Below, in pieces: positions 1-13,214 of a DNA stretch of 64,000 nt; position 1 is the first letter of the stretch, and every line of letters begins with the position of its first letter. A model generated the notes under the pieces. It was not told where the DNA came from. It saw only the letters and a program-made list of their open reading frames with translations, and did no database searches. Made by a program: the position numbers and the translations under genes. Source of the DNA: Anthoceros angustus (lineage: Eukaryota; Plantae; Anthocerotophyta); the NCBI GenBank assembly GCA_010909165.1, contig MU008213.1:126402-190401 (forward strand), read 5' to 3'.

Positions 1-629
1 CGGTCTGATGTCTTTTTGGACAACCACAGTGTACTCCAACTGGAGCTGCGGTGAAACGTATTTTGCGTTACCTCAAAGGCTCGCCTTATATTGGGCTATG
101 CTATCGACGAGGAGTATACCAGCATAATCAGCTTACTCTTGAAGGATATACCGACGCTGATTGGGCCTCGGATAGTGACTCCCGAAAGAGCTTGTCCACT
201 TATGCCTTCCTCCTCTCCTAGGCTTCCATCACCTGGAGCTGCAAGAAGCAGACCAGTATAGCCCTGTCAAGCACTGAAGCTGAATACAAATCACTTACAG
301 ATGCTACCAAGGAAGTGGAATGGGAGCGGTCTTTCCTACATGACCTCGGGCAGACACAGGATGGCCCCACTCACCTCTATTGCGATAATCAGTCTGCCAT
401 CGCCCTTGTTGCCAACCCCCGATTCCACGCTCGGACGAAACACATTGAGGTACATCACCACTATGTCAGGGATGCTGCTGCGAGGGGGTTAGTTAAAATT
501 CTCTATGTGCCTACTGAGAATAACACAGCAGACATCCTAACGAAGGCCCTATCTAAGGATAAGCATCAGAAGCACATGCAGGCCCTTGGGCTGATGAATT
601 TTCAGCCCTATTTCAAACCCAAAGCTTAA
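1..629 (+). CDS. Ty1/copia pol C-terminus (end of RT plus RNase H), truncated by the window edge, one in-frame stop
   Basis: Translates LEGYTDADWASDSDSRKS...WSCKKQTSIALSSTEAEY...LYCDNQSAI...HARTKHIEVHHHYVRD...NTADILTKAL, the canonical copia RNase H motifs. Confidence 0.95.
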
Positions 630-1373
630 CATACTGCAGGAAGGACTTACGGGTGAGGCCCGAGTCCTCAGTTTTGTGGAGTGTGCATCCTGCTCTTCCT
701 TCTATGATCTCATGTGCCTATAGTCAGGCGACAGGGAGGGTTAGCCACCACAGCTCTGCAACAGTTTGGAAAACAGGTCAGGTGGATGAAGCTCGACGTC
801 AATCTAATCACCTGCACGCTGGTTCCCCCCAGCTGCCGCTTCTTCTTCTTGCAGTATTCTCAGCAACCCGAGTAATCTTTGTGCCTCCTGTAGCGGCCTC
901 ATCAAGCTGGTTTCATCGCCAGTATCTGCTGGGAGTTCTTCTTCTCTCCCGGGTTTCGTCTAGCACAAGGTCACGTTGAACAGCACCTTCCAGCCGCCAA
1001 TCCTTAGGCTGGTCTCCACCACATGGGTTTCATCCCACTCTTCCTCCGCTGTTGGACGCTTCGCAGGGCGTTCTCTCCTAGCCCTGCTACCACCCTTATT
1101 CCGCTTAGATGGATGACTCCCAGGCATCGTGCACAGCAGTATTGCCCTTAAGATTTGGGCGCACAGGAAGATGACTGTGAAGAGCGATGCGTAGGCTGCT
1201 GCGAGATTTATTGTCTGCTCCATCTCCTCCGAGCTCACACGTCCTTTCTAGGAAATGAGTGTAGCTCGTTACGCCTCGCGTGCCCTCTTCGCCTTGTGAT
1301 CATCCTTGCCTCCTTCGCCAGACCCGTGTTCAGTCCTGTCTTCACTCCTAAGCTCGTCTCGTTTAAGGGAGGG

Positions 1374-1573
1374 TGTTCGCGGGGTAACCTCACTCGCTTA
1401 GGGTTTACCCCCGGTTAGTTGTGGTTATCTAGATTTAGCTTATTTATTCAAAGGTCATTTTAGCGAAGGGGTGCCTAGCGTAGATATATACACACTTTAC
1501 ATTACTTTGTCTATTCGTTGTTTTATTCTATTTGCCTAATGTTTTCTACTCTCCTGCTCCACCATTTTTATTA
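1374..1573 (+). repeat. 3' LTR (~200 bp) of copia element 1, preceded by a polypurine tract
   Basis: AAGGGAGGG immediately followed by TGTTC; clearly homologous to the LTRs at 15661-15848 and 22915-23107. Confidence 0.88.
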
Positions 1574-2823
1574 CGGCGCCCTTACAATCTGTACACCAAG
1601 TCATCGATGTTCCTCCATTCTTCCATAGACAGTAAATTAGTAGTCCCTAGAAGGTAGCCATCATTTGCTCCAGGAAGGCCTCCAAAGTACCTAGCCAAAA
1701 CATCTGACCCACCCACACGTTCCTTAAGACCAATTGCCAGGTTCTCATCTCGCACATTCACACCAACAGCGGATAGAACCTCATCCCCCGAGTGCCAATT
1801 TCATGGAGCAGCCTGCTCTGCTGAAGAAATGTCGACTTGCAAGGTTGCGGTCACTCTCTCAGCGCGAAGGGTGGCAGTCCTCTGTTGCCTCCTTACGTTC
1901 CTACTCTCCCTTGGGCGTGATGCTCTCCCCTGGCCACCATCCTCACCTACAGATGTTGCCATAGCCACATGCTGCCTCCCCTGCAAAGCCACACGCTATC
2001 TCCCCTCCACCCTGCCAAGTGGTTTACCCATGGTATCCAGGAAGCAAACCGGTAGCCTCCAAGCAACCAAAGTCCTGAATGGTAGAACTACACACCGCGC
2101 ACACACAAACAGCCACCAACCAAACTAGCAAGCACCCAAAACGCCTCACCAGGCGCCACACTAGCATCCTCCTAGCAAACAAAAACCATATTAGAAACGA
2201 CCTCCAAAATCAAGCAGCCTCCAATCGATCAAAATCCACTCCTCGCCGCAGCCACCCTAAGCGAATCCGACCACACTTGGCTTCCACGCCTGTGCAATGA
2301 TGTCTGTGCACACGATGGCCTCCTGACAGCGACGTCACAAACATCATTCACCGCGAAAATCCGCCCCCAAAACACTCGCTTTGCAAAACCAAAGACCTAA
2401 TCAACACATGTGGTCGCGTCCCGCACGGTAACATTAGCAGTGGACAAGGGTACTTGCCAAGTCCGAAATTGTCATTTGTCCCACCGTTAATTCAGGTAAT
2501 AATGGTAATGATATATGTTATGCATGTTTTTATGGGAAAAAAAATTCAACAAAATTCTCCTCCCAAAAAATGTATTGTGTACTATAATTGAGATCAATTT
2601 GACAATATTTTTGCATAAAACAGATTCCACAGAACTGGAACATGCCAACTAGCAACGGTTTCTGCGTTTCCAGAAGTTGTGGTCACCATACTGTGCTTTG
2701 CCCCGCCAGCGCTGCCATGGAGGACAGCCAAGTTCGGAGCCACCAATCTGCAAAGTGCGAGGTTGCCCGAGCTGCATTTGCTAGGGTTTTGGTTTCGCAT
2801 TTGCTGCCATGGCCTTGCTCTGA

Positions 2824-4064
2824 CTACATCTGTAATGCCCACAACGCCGATGGCAGCTTGGTATCCCAGTCATGGGCATAATTCACTGTTAGTTTGTTCA
2901 AGATCCGGCAAATGAGCCCATTGGTCTTCTCTGTCAACCCATTTGCCTTGGGGTTATATGGTGCCATCTTATGATGGTTTATTCTGAAGTACTCCGTCAT
3001 GGCGGCCACCACGTCATTAAGGAAATGGGTCCCCCTACCACTTACCAGCTGCAACGGACATCCGTACCTGGTTATAATATTTTCATATACAAACTTAGCC
3101 ACGGTATTCGCGGCGTCCGGCCGAGTCGCCACTGCCTCTACCCACTTGGTGCAGTAATCCGTTGCTACTAGGATGTACCTCTTCTGAGTGTGTCTTGTCG
3201 TAGGCTGTATGGGTCCAATGAAGTCAGTACCCCACTTTTCGAAAGGTGCCAGTGCCAAAATAGGCACTAACGGCCATTGTGTTGTTGGAGTCGGCTTCCC
3301 GATCCGCTGACAAGCAACACACTTCTTCACAAAGTGGTGTGTTTCTCCATACATTGTGGGCCACCAGTACCCTGCTTCCAAAAACGTTTCTAGTGGTGAC
3401 TTGAACTACATAGTGTCCCCCACCAACGCCCTCGTGCATCCCCCTTATTACCGCTCCCGTTTCCGCCGGCTGTAAGTAACGTCTCTCCACTTCGTCCGGC
3501 CCTATTTTGAACAAGCATACGTTGTACATCCGGAAGGGGCGAGCATAGTGTACAAAAGTTTGTTTTAGACTACGCGTCATGTTGGCTGGCATTTCCATCC
3601 TTCAAAGATATCGCTCCAGTTCCTCGTAGGTTGGCCGGCCACGGCGAGTACTCCCCTTCTCCGCTTCTGCCGCGGGCTCGGGGTCCAGTAGCTTGGGATT
3701 CTCGCGGTTCGTTCAATCTATTGTATTTCAACTGCGGCGACTAGGGACTCATCCGGAAAGGCATCCTCTTGATCCTTTAGCACTGGCTCCATCTTCAGCC
3801 TGGACAGAAAGTCCGCATTCTATCTTGCCTTACACTTCTCGTTTCCACTTCAAATGTGAACTCCATGACCAATATCCAGCTCTTCTCACGAGCAGGTCCT
3901 CGCACCAGTGCAGTGTAATTAAGTCTGAAGTGGTCTGCATAAACACAAAATTCAACGGGAGTTGTGGAGTGTGAATTTGTGTCTAGGGACACCGTGAGGT
4001 CCACATTCACCCTCAATGTCGTTGTAGTCCTAGGATTCGCTCCCAAGGGAATGCTTTGTGCCAA
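2824..4064 (-). pseudogene. Ty3/gypsy pol fragment: RNase H, HHCC zinc finger, integrase core (frameshifted)
   Basis: VYADH...WILVMEFTFEV (RNase H); MHEGVGGGHY...YWWPTM...CVACQR (HHCC); PFEKWGTDFIGP, LVATDYCTKWVEA, YNPKANGLTEKTN (rve); RH-before-IN order. Confidence 0.92.
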
Positions 4065-4289
4065 GAGACGCTAACTTCTATCACTACTGACCCTTGCCTA
4101 AGTTAGGACTGCACCTGCTATCACTACTCTTCTTACCCTCTCAACTACCACTATCCCCAGATCTTATTCCACAACCGGCAATCCCATCCCGCGCTCTCAG
4201 TTCCCGAGCTACTATCGCGGTGGTTCTCACCACTACCAGAAGGTCGCTACGGCTACTGAGGTGGGTCCCACCACCAAACCCTAAGGGCC

Positions 4290-4855
4290 GTCGATATTTA
4301 CACAAATAGTAAATACAAAGTATCGTATCATGAATATGTACAGACCAGTGTACGTACGTAACACGTGTGATATACAAACTTCTTTTATATGAAATTGAAT
4401 ATGGCCGTATAGCACTTAAAATAATATAGTACAATTATCACCGTAGATGATATGCGTATAGTGTGAAGGATGTGATGATAAATGTTATATGTGGTCAGTG
4501 TTAATTGGCGTTGGTAACTACCAAGTAAGCGTGGTATTCCATGGGGCAAAAGTAAAAGGCAATGGTGGATGGGGAGGAGGTTCGGTACCAAACCTACAAA
4601 GTATTACAAGGCCTCTCTTGTAACACTTTAGATGTTGCAATCATGATGCAATCTTGAGAGGGCAAAGCACCTCTCACTTTGCATCTTTTAATTGCAACAC
4701 CATTGCAACATGATTGCAACAACAGCCGTAGTCGGTTTCAAGCAAAGTGTAACGAGGGGCCCAAAAGTGTTACATAGCTCATACACATGAGTGTTACATC
4801 CAGGGGTCCAAATCTTAACATAAATTGTAACATAGGCTGCACTTTTCTAGTAGGG
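4290..4855 (-). mobile_element. Terminal ~560 bp of a CCCTA-terminated CACTA-family element (same family as 26114-40012)
   Basis: Ends CTTTTCTAGTAGGG at 4855; the block is the reverse complement of ~26114-26680; subterminal TGTTAC/GTTGCAA motifs. Confidence 0.85.
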
Positions 4856-5470
4856 CTAGTAGCACTGGCAGGCTTGATCTCTTGGTTGATATCAGCACCA
4901 AAGTCATCAACGTCAAGGAGACAACAAACTTACTTGAGTATATGACATTGCAAAATTGCCTCGTGTATCTTCTAACCGCTTTTGGAGGCCCTGCATGCAT
5001 ATTCAAAATAGCAGCAGTAATAAGGGGCACCCTTGTTTCACTCTCACTTTATTGTAGATCTACAATAAAGTGAGGAGAGTAGAAAAGCGGTAGCGAGGCA
5101 AGCTACTCTAGAGTAGCTTGCTCTGCTACCGCCTGCCTGAATTAATAGTTCATTAAACTGATATTCTATTTGCACCGCCTTGACAGTAGTTGTTAGTATA
5201 CCTTTCTCTTCCAAAACAGACCAAAGCATATTTCTTGGCACTTTATTGAATGCTTGTTGAAAATCGATTAGGTAGCAATATTAGTGCAATCGTTTCTTCA
5301 TGACCTTGTGGTGCCCAATGATTGAAGATAAAGTGAGCACATGGTCTAGACACCTTATGCCGTGTTGAAATCCTGGCCTGCAAGCTATTGCTTTCTTGCA
5401 CCCCAAGTGCGCTCTGCTTGCGTAAGCATTTGCTGTACACTTTGTGGAACATGAGATGGAACATGATGTT
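4856..5470 (-). pseudogene. Non-LTR retrotransposon reverse transcriptase fragment (RTE-like)
   Basis: Across frameshifts: QAGF...LDHVLTL...YCYLIDFQQAFNKVPRNMLWSVLEEKG...VKQGCPL...VDD.VLIS; cut at 4855 by the CACTA terminus. Confidence 0.8.
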
Positions 5471-6749
5471 TAGAAGGAACATCGACACTTACCACACCAA
5501 AACGTCATTAACCGACTTCGAGACTCGCAAATCTTTGGGTACCTGCAAAGAGTGCAACTATCCATGTTGCACAGCAAATGGCTGTTGAGTTGGGCGATGA
5601 GGTATGTGCTCAACTGAGGTACCGGGTGCTAGATATTTTTCATTTTACGATAGTGCAAGATTTCATTATGTGTTGTGATCTCAAAGTTGCAGGTTGGGTG
5701 ATGTATACGATTTAAGGACTGCACCTCTTACAAGATGAGTTTAGAATATACAACACATTGTGTGTTGCTACAAAAAAATGGACAAGACTCTGTTCTCATG
5801 AGCTCCAGGATGATCAAATTCCCCCCCGAATTTTATGGACTCTTGCCATAATAATGCCGATAGAACTCTACAGTGATTTGTAACATCATATGGTGGATGA
5901 GGCCCATTAGCGGAGCATCTCTAGGGATGCTCTATTAGGTCCGATGAAGGTATACGGTGAATTAGTGGCTTGAGCTGGCAGTTCCTCTTCCGGATGCTCC
6001 TTGCAAGGGATTAATGCAGGCAAATGTCATGATGTATGTCGTGATGTATGTCGTCAGCACATATAAGTAGGAAGATAGCTGACTTTGGTAAATAGGAAGT
6101 AGTCAAGCAACCCCGCACAATGTGCGAAGACAAGAGCAGAATATCATTCAGAAGGGAGGAACCCCGTGGGGCTCTTACAACAGGGGATGAGTGACACTCC
6201 ATCCAGTACTAATGCGTCCGGAGGACATTTAACCCAAGAAGGACTAGGCTGAAAATGGCTTTTTTGTAGAAACCAAGGCTTTTTTTTAGTTTTCATTGTT
6301 ATAAATATTTTTGTTTTTTCCAAAACGTTAAGGCTCATAGACCTCCACAAGACCTTTACAATGCACCCTCCCACTGCCCATTTGGGTGAGTATAGACCAC
6401 AAAGTAGCATGTGCTTTTTCCCATCCCATTTCATGACAAGGTATCAAAATCCATAGTTTACCAAATTGGCTGAATGAAAAAAGTTGCCAGACATATCGTC
6501 GAGACAGTCACACTCTGCCTAATAACCACACAAAAACTAGGGGGCCATGCCCGTGGAAGCCGAGCCTACGCAAGCCCCCTCTTTGGAGCATACGTCACTT
6601 GTTGAGAATATTGCACTTGTTGAGGTGCGTGGGGCTTCCTCTAGTGTGGTCAAGGCCACATCAGGTGCTCCTTTGGTGCCTCCCGAGCTGGGTATTAGGG
6701 TAGTGGATAATGAGGACACAGTAGATGTGGGGTTGGTGCGGATCAAGTG

Positions 6750-6912
6750 GCACCACTAGATGTGGGCGGTGTCGGTCGACGGCACCACTAGATGTGGAGT
6801 CAAGGCCCCGGAGTTGGTGTCCGGTCGTGCACTAGATGTGGAGTCAAGGCGAGTTGGTGTCCGATCGGTGTGCACTAGATGTGGAGTCAAGGCAGCTGGA
6901 GTTGGTGTCATT
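6750..6912. repeat. Minisatellite, ~42-45 bp unit (CACTAGATGTGGAGTCAAGGC...GAGTTGGTGTC), 3-4 copies
   Basis: CACTAGATGTGG recurs at ~6755, 6786, 6830 and 6873. Confidence 0.8.
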
Positions 6913-8559
6913 TCAAGTGGCACAGGCGATCTGTACTTGAGGTGGCAAAGGGACACTAGAAATAGACACAGTCGTGGATCCGGAGCCATCACAAAGAAGG
7001 AGAAGAGTAATCAAGTGACTCCGGTCGATCGTCGGCTGCAGTCACTCTCGATCCGTAACTGACTCACTGCACTGGGTCGGTCCTTTGAGGGAGGGAGGGC
7101 GAACAAGGGGATCAAGCGGAGGCAGCGATTAAAACAACTAAGCCAAAGCAGCCAACAACGGAAGGTGGTAGCGAACACTGTGGACCCAAGTGTGCGGGAA
7201 TTGGAGCCAGGGACAACTACATGGTGGCGGTGAGGCTGAAAATGATGAAAAGTTGACTTCTATGTCGAAGTGCGTCGAGTTCACAAGCTAGCTGCCTACA
7301 TCGAGGGGCGTGTGGAATAGTGACCCTCTTCCTAAGGGCGAAATTTGAGGCAACTACTACGGGTGGAGCCGGGTATATATGAGCTTTTGAGCAGGGGAAA
7401 GCAGGGGCACCGGTTGTCTTGCGTGCAAGCTTGGTGAAAGCGGCGAAGTTCCTCCTCGACAAGAGAAGATGGAGCCCGATGTGAGCAGGTGCCATTGTTG
7501 GATGGAATCCGGCAACAACGGCAATGTTAAAGGCTGCTTGTACAAATCGGCCTAAGTAGAGTCGTGTTGTAGATCACGCTACATTCGTTGGTCATAGCTG
7601 CTCACAAACATTGAATCAATGCAGGTAGTTCTCGGGTTTTGATTGGATCAAGAAATTAGATCCAAGTCCAAGTGACACACTTTTTGAGTCCTTAGGCAAC
7701 TAGTGTTGCGGAACTTGGAGATTGTCGAAATATACAGAAATTGCCACCATTGCTCGCGGGGTTTCGCTATGTCACTGGCAGCTCGCTCTCGGATAGATTG
7801 AAAAACATAGATACATGTAGAGACCCGGTGAAGTTGTGCGATTACATGCGCAAATGCGTCGGTACCACACATGGGCAAGCTACCATCACGGTAGCTTGAG
7901 ACTCAACCCTCACGAGTCACATGCGAATGGCCCCCATCGACACGTGGATTTGGAGGTGTCCGCGCTTGTAAGGTGTTGGGAGGAGTCACATCGGGGTCAT
8001 CCTCCTCAGTCCGATCGGTGATTCTGCTTTGCTCATGCGCCCGGTGCAGCGAAGGCGCGCCGCGACCTTGCGGATCACGCTAGCGCTGCGCAACTCGGCC
8101 GCAATTGCGGTCGGTCGCTATTTGCTCGGCAAGCGCCCTGCGGGCACTAGGGGATCGACACGGTGGCCGGGCCATCACACCTACCATTCTTTGCAACTCT
8201 CGGGTCCCTCTTTCTCCGCCCTCTGCCGCCCACTGCGGCCATTGTGGCTCTTCACACACGGGACTAAAGACGGTCTTCTTGAGAGGAAGCCACATGACTT
8301 AATTTCCAAATGGTCCCTTTTACTAAGACATGGCGGTGAAGTCAAAAGTTCACAAGTGCCTTCGTGTGCAACAACACTGGGTGTGTCTCGTGCGCACTAG
8401 ACATGGCAAGTGGTGTACCCATTTTGTGGCCCATGCAACCGGAGTGCCATCAACACCACATCGGCCATGAAAATTGGCGTCAAGCCTCAAGTGTGCCCAC
8501 GATTTAGCCCTAATCAAAGCAGTGGGTCTTCCCTCGGCCCCTTCCTAACAAGGACCTTA

Positions 8560-11500
8560 TAAAGACCGAGCGTCTCTAAAGTGTCCGGGTCTAACTCAAA
8601 TACCTCACGACCATCTAACACTCATTTGGAAGAGTGCAAACTTGCAAGTGTGCCGTTGCGGAGTATGCACTCTTCATCCGGTCTAGGGTGTAAACATGAC
8701 CGTCGCTCAAGCCCCCGGTAATATTGGCCACTACAATATCATCGCCTAGAAAGTTGCACCTTCGTGCACCGCCTCAGCCACAACAAAGTTATCGCCTACC
8801 TCCGGGAGCGGCCATATCGATGAGGTCCTCGAGGCTTCCTCATCGCCTTCGTCTGGATCGGTGTGGCTCGTGGTCATCAACCAACGATGTTCCACATCGT
8901 TGTCGAGTTGCTATTCTCTCTCGTGCCGCTTTAACGATATATGGCGATTCCTGATGCCTTTGTTTCACATCTTTGCATGGTCCGTCCATGCAAGCCCCAC
9001 AAAAGCAAGCCAAGTGTCTCATTTTCACCCGTGGATTCAAAGCATCTTGAGAATACCCATAAATGGAGTGCATGCTCTTGGAACGGATCGAGGCACACCC
9101 CACTTTTGTCTCCTATTGACATCCGTCTTCCCAATCAGCCGAATGTAGCTTGACCGCCTTTCACCATTGGTGTATGAGGATCTTTGCCGTTAGAGATTGA
9201 GCTACGGACCACCCACCCTTGCAATCTCGAGGAAGGAGACAATTCTTGACTCTCAGCGCTTCAAGATGGCACCAGCGTCATGTTCTCCCTTCCGTGTCGA
9301 CCAAGTAACTCCAAAGCATATTGCATCCGCTTAGGCTAGGTATCCGGCTACAAACTAGGCTGCGGGCCTTGAAGCTGAGGAAGCGCCCCATCACTCCACA
9401 TCCAATGCTCCGTGGTCTCCTATACCCGCGCCCAACCACTCCCGATGTAGCATGAGACAATCTTTGGACAAAAGGGTGTCATGTTGCATGTCATCGATGT
9501 AAAATGGTAGAACTTTTCAACGTTGCAAAACGGGTCCTCCTCCACAATTGGACCCGGTTCTCATATCTGAAACATGCACAAGAATTGTAACGATCATGTG
9601 CCAATGCATGCTTTGGATCTCGTTACGCACTTGGAAGGCGTAGTTTTGTGAGAAATCAATCAACGAGACGATGACATCCTCTGAAACCATTCTAGACATC
9701 TGCGAAACTCATAAGCTTGCCATTTGAACAAAATCATGGGTGATGAAATGTTTCAACTTGCCTTTTAGGAACTCTACCATTTCGAGACGGGTGAGTTTCC
9801 TGTATACAAGCTTGATTCGAGACTTGGAAGTGCCGTCTTCATTCGCGTGGTGGTATTCAAAACAACGCCACTTCAATGTAGCGACGGCAACAAGTTTGTT
9901 GTGACCTCCTTGAGGACAAAGCCCTAGCTCAACCCCACAAAGATTGCAATTCCATTAAACACTTCGCTTGAAGTCATCGTCATGTGCTTTAGGGCACAAT
10001 GTGCATGAACCGTTCACGAGCCAAGCATTTGCAAGTCCGTCAAAGCACCTTCCCTTGGCACCTGCACAAGGACATGAGCATGTAGATCTCAAGTGAACCT
10101 TTGATTGGACACATGAGCTGGTTGAGAGCATCCTTTAGAAATGCCATTTCAACGTGATACCCGCGCAACACACTCCCCGCAAGGATTTGATGTAGAAGGG
10201 TTTCAACCTCTCAAAGGCACGCGGCCTATCTTGATCTCGGGATCGACTTGAATCGGAGGAAGAACTCACCGCATCACAAACAACAAGGGACCACAAGTGT
10301 AAGAGACTACATCAGCGTAGAACAAGTGCAACGGACACTTCAAGCTGCGGCATGGTCGGGGCGGTGGTGCAGCAACTTCAAATTGTGACAATGAACCCCA
10401 TCAAGTGATGAAGGCCCTAAAGTGTAATCTGCAAAGTGCGTGACATCTTGAATAGCACAGTGGCATCGACCATGCAGGAGACACCGGCAACAGTGTGAGA
10501 TGTTAGCTGCACCCGAGCTGAGTGAAAGCGCCGCAGCCACAATGTTGGATAGGACTCCACCAGCTAGGACCATCTTCCGACCAACAAGCACCCACAGACC
10601 ACATGAACCCCATGATGTGGTAAACAACGAAGGAAACCCCAACGCTCACAGAGGTATCGAGGAAGTGCGTGATATGCGTCGATACACAAACGGGCCACCG
10701 CTGCCTGGCATCCTTGAGCTCGAGGAAGGGCGTGAGGAGTTCTCCCAAAGCGGACAATTAAATCCCTCACGGTTGTGCTCAAGGAATGATCTAACCTTCC
10801 ACCGCACCATTGGTGGCCTGATGCGATGTCCAATTGGCAAAGGGTTTGCACATGCCGCGCCACAACTCGTCTATTGACCCCGAACCGCCCCATGGCGGCC
10901 GCTCCGCTTCTTGCATGACATCCTTGGACAAAACAATGTTCATGAAAGTTTGCGAGCTCTCAACTTGTCCGCAACTTGCACACTTTGTAGACTCCTCATA
11001 GCTGACAATGTTCTCGAGCTTGATTTGTGGCTTTTCGAGTCCGGCTTTCCTCCCCTTAGCACGAAATCTCTTGAATCAAGTGTAGAACGCCTCAAAATCC
11101 TCCTCCTCCACGCCCACTAAAGTGGCGAGTCCTCAGAAGGACCCTAACTCCCGAGCAACGCTTTGCGGCCTTCGTCGGAGGCTCCCTTAAACCGGAGGTG
11201 TCGAGCAACTCCTTCATCGCTCGACACCGCCTTGACCTTTCGGTGGGCGACAAGCGTGATGATCGGCGGCTCTTGCAGTGCCACCGAACTTCATGTGTCT
11301 CTGACTGATTTTCTTGAGACCACGGATGCACAATCTCTACATAAGCGTGTGAGATGGCAACAATTCTTCCGCGCATTGTTGATCATTGTCCCGTTCACTT
11401 GGTTGGTGGTGTTTGTTGATCATTGCCCCCCCACGTGGTGAGTCACTCTACTAGCCGATGGGTGAGGAGCACTGGGTGGCAATCGCCACACCCGCATGTT

Positions 11501-12647
11501 TAGCTCCCTGCCATCTCCAAGCGCTTCCAAGCGTGCTTGGCGCATCGGCACCATGCGCAGAGACATTGGCAACCAGCAGGAGTGTTAGTGACCCCGAGTG
11601 AGTGAGCGCTGCAGCCACAATGTTGGATAGGACTCCACCGCTAGGACCATCTTCCACAGACCAACCAGCAGCCACAAGCTACGCCACACGCCCATGATGA
11701 ACCCACTGATGTGGTAAAAAAACAAGGAAACCCCAACTTGCGCTCAGTGAGGTATCGAGGAAGTGATATGCGACGATACACAAACGGGCCACCACACCTG
11801 GCATCCTTGAGCTCGAGGAAGGGCGTGAGGAGTTCTCCCAAAGCGGACAATTAAATCCCTCGGTTGTGCTCAAGGAATCGATCTAACCTTCCGCACGCAC
11901 CATTGGTGGCCTGCTACGATGTCCAATTGGCAAAGGGTTTGCACATCGCGCCACAACTCGTCTATTGACCCCGAACACGCCCCATGGCGCTCGCTTCTTG
12001 CATGACATCCTTGGACAAAACAATGTTCATGAAAGTTTGAGCTCTCAACTTGTCCTTACACTTTGTACTCCTCATGACTGATGTTCTCGAGCTTGATTTG
12101 TGGCTTTTCGAGTCCGGCTTTCCTCCCCTTACGAAATCTCTTGAATGCGAAGTGTAGAGAACGCCTCAAAATCCTCCTCCTCCCACGCCCACTAAAGTCG
12201 AGTCCTCGCAAAAGAAGGACCCTAACTCCCGAGCAACAGCTTCGGCCTTGGAGGCTCCCTTAAACCGGAGGTGTCGAGCAACCTTCGCCGCGACACCGCC
12301 TTGACCTTCGACAAGCGTGATGATGCGGCTCGCTGCAGTGCCACCGAACTTCATGTGTCCCTCTGACTGATTTTCTTGAGACCACGGATGCACAATCTCT
12401 CATAAAGTGTGAGATGGCAACAATTCCGCGCATTGTTGATCATTGTCCGTTCACTTGGTTGAGTGGTGTTTGTTGATCATTGCCCCCACCATGTGGTGAC
12501 AATCCACTCTACTAGCCGGTGAGGAGCACTGGAGTGGCAATCGCCACACCCCGCCGCATGTTTAGCTCCTCTGCCATCTCCAACGACGCTTCCAAGCGGC
12601 GTGCTTGGCACGAGTCGGCATCGCCGTTGTTGCGGCGTTGGAGCCAT
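8560..12647 (-). pseudogene. Sola2-like DDD/E transposase (frameshifted; 5' part duplicated)
   Basis: IDFSQNYAFQVRNEIQSMHWH, QHDTLFV, WSDG, HGKGEHD.AGAILKR, C-terminal RHLACFCGAC, upstream FERLKPFYIK; the subgroup assignment is from recalled motifs. Confidence 0.75.
10500..12620. repeat. ~1.08 kb tandem duplication
   Basis: GCAGCCACAATGTTGGATAGGACTCCACC at ~10533 and ~11611; copies differ mostly by indels. Confidence 0.93.
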
Positions 12648-13187
12648 CTCTTGAGTTGTTTGCCAAGCAAACCACTTAGGATCTGTGACAAGTGTCGTGA
12701 GCCGAGCCTTCAGGATCGGGCGGGAGAAGGCGGTTTCGCCCCATCATCTCCCTTGGCGAAGAGGGTATGGAGGGTTTGAATTTTAAATGTTAAGTGAGTT
12801 CCCACCGTAAACTCTTTGACAAAACTAGACTCCCTCTTCCATTAAGAGAGAACATCTACGCACATTCAAATTTTGATACGATATTCTCTCCCCGTTTTTG
12901 ATGTGGACTCACTGCCATATCTAGTGGTCCGTATGCTACCTTCAAAGGGAATACCGTGAATATAGTTCAAAGCCTAATCCTACTTATTTTGCGCTGGAAT
13001 TTTTGTGTACCACGACATTTGGGTGACTCTTAGCCTGAAAGTTTCAAGCCATTCGGATCAAAATTACAATATTTAAAATTTTTCCTTCAATAACATGTCC
13101 ACATGTGGACAAAAAACCGTGTTGCATCCGTTGCACACTTGTATGGAACACCAAAGCTTGCATCTACCCTGCAACGCCCTTTTTAGT

Positions 13188-13214
13188 AATATATATATAT
13201 ATATATATATATAT
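13188..13214. repeat. (TA)n microsatellite
   Basis: Direct reading. Confidence 0.95.

Larger units (their letters stand above)
8320..13189 (-). mobile_element. Sola2-like DNA transposon with candidate degenerate TIRs
   Basis: Contains the transposase below; TTACTAAGACATGGCGGTGAAG at 8320 resembles the reverse complement of 13168-13189 (TTACTAAAAAGGGCGTTGCAG); boundaries tentative. Confidence 0.5.

Noticed and set aside
588-610. Hammerhead ribozyme (CTGATGA within a hairpin)
   Set aside because: No GAAA core or three-way junction; lies within the pol coding end
5490-8300. LINE ORF1-like remnants on both strands
   Set aside because: Only vague resemblance; too degraded to call or delimit
13150-13190. 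Helitron 3' end
   Set aside because: No CTRR terminus or GC-rich hairpin, and no Rep/helicase in the window
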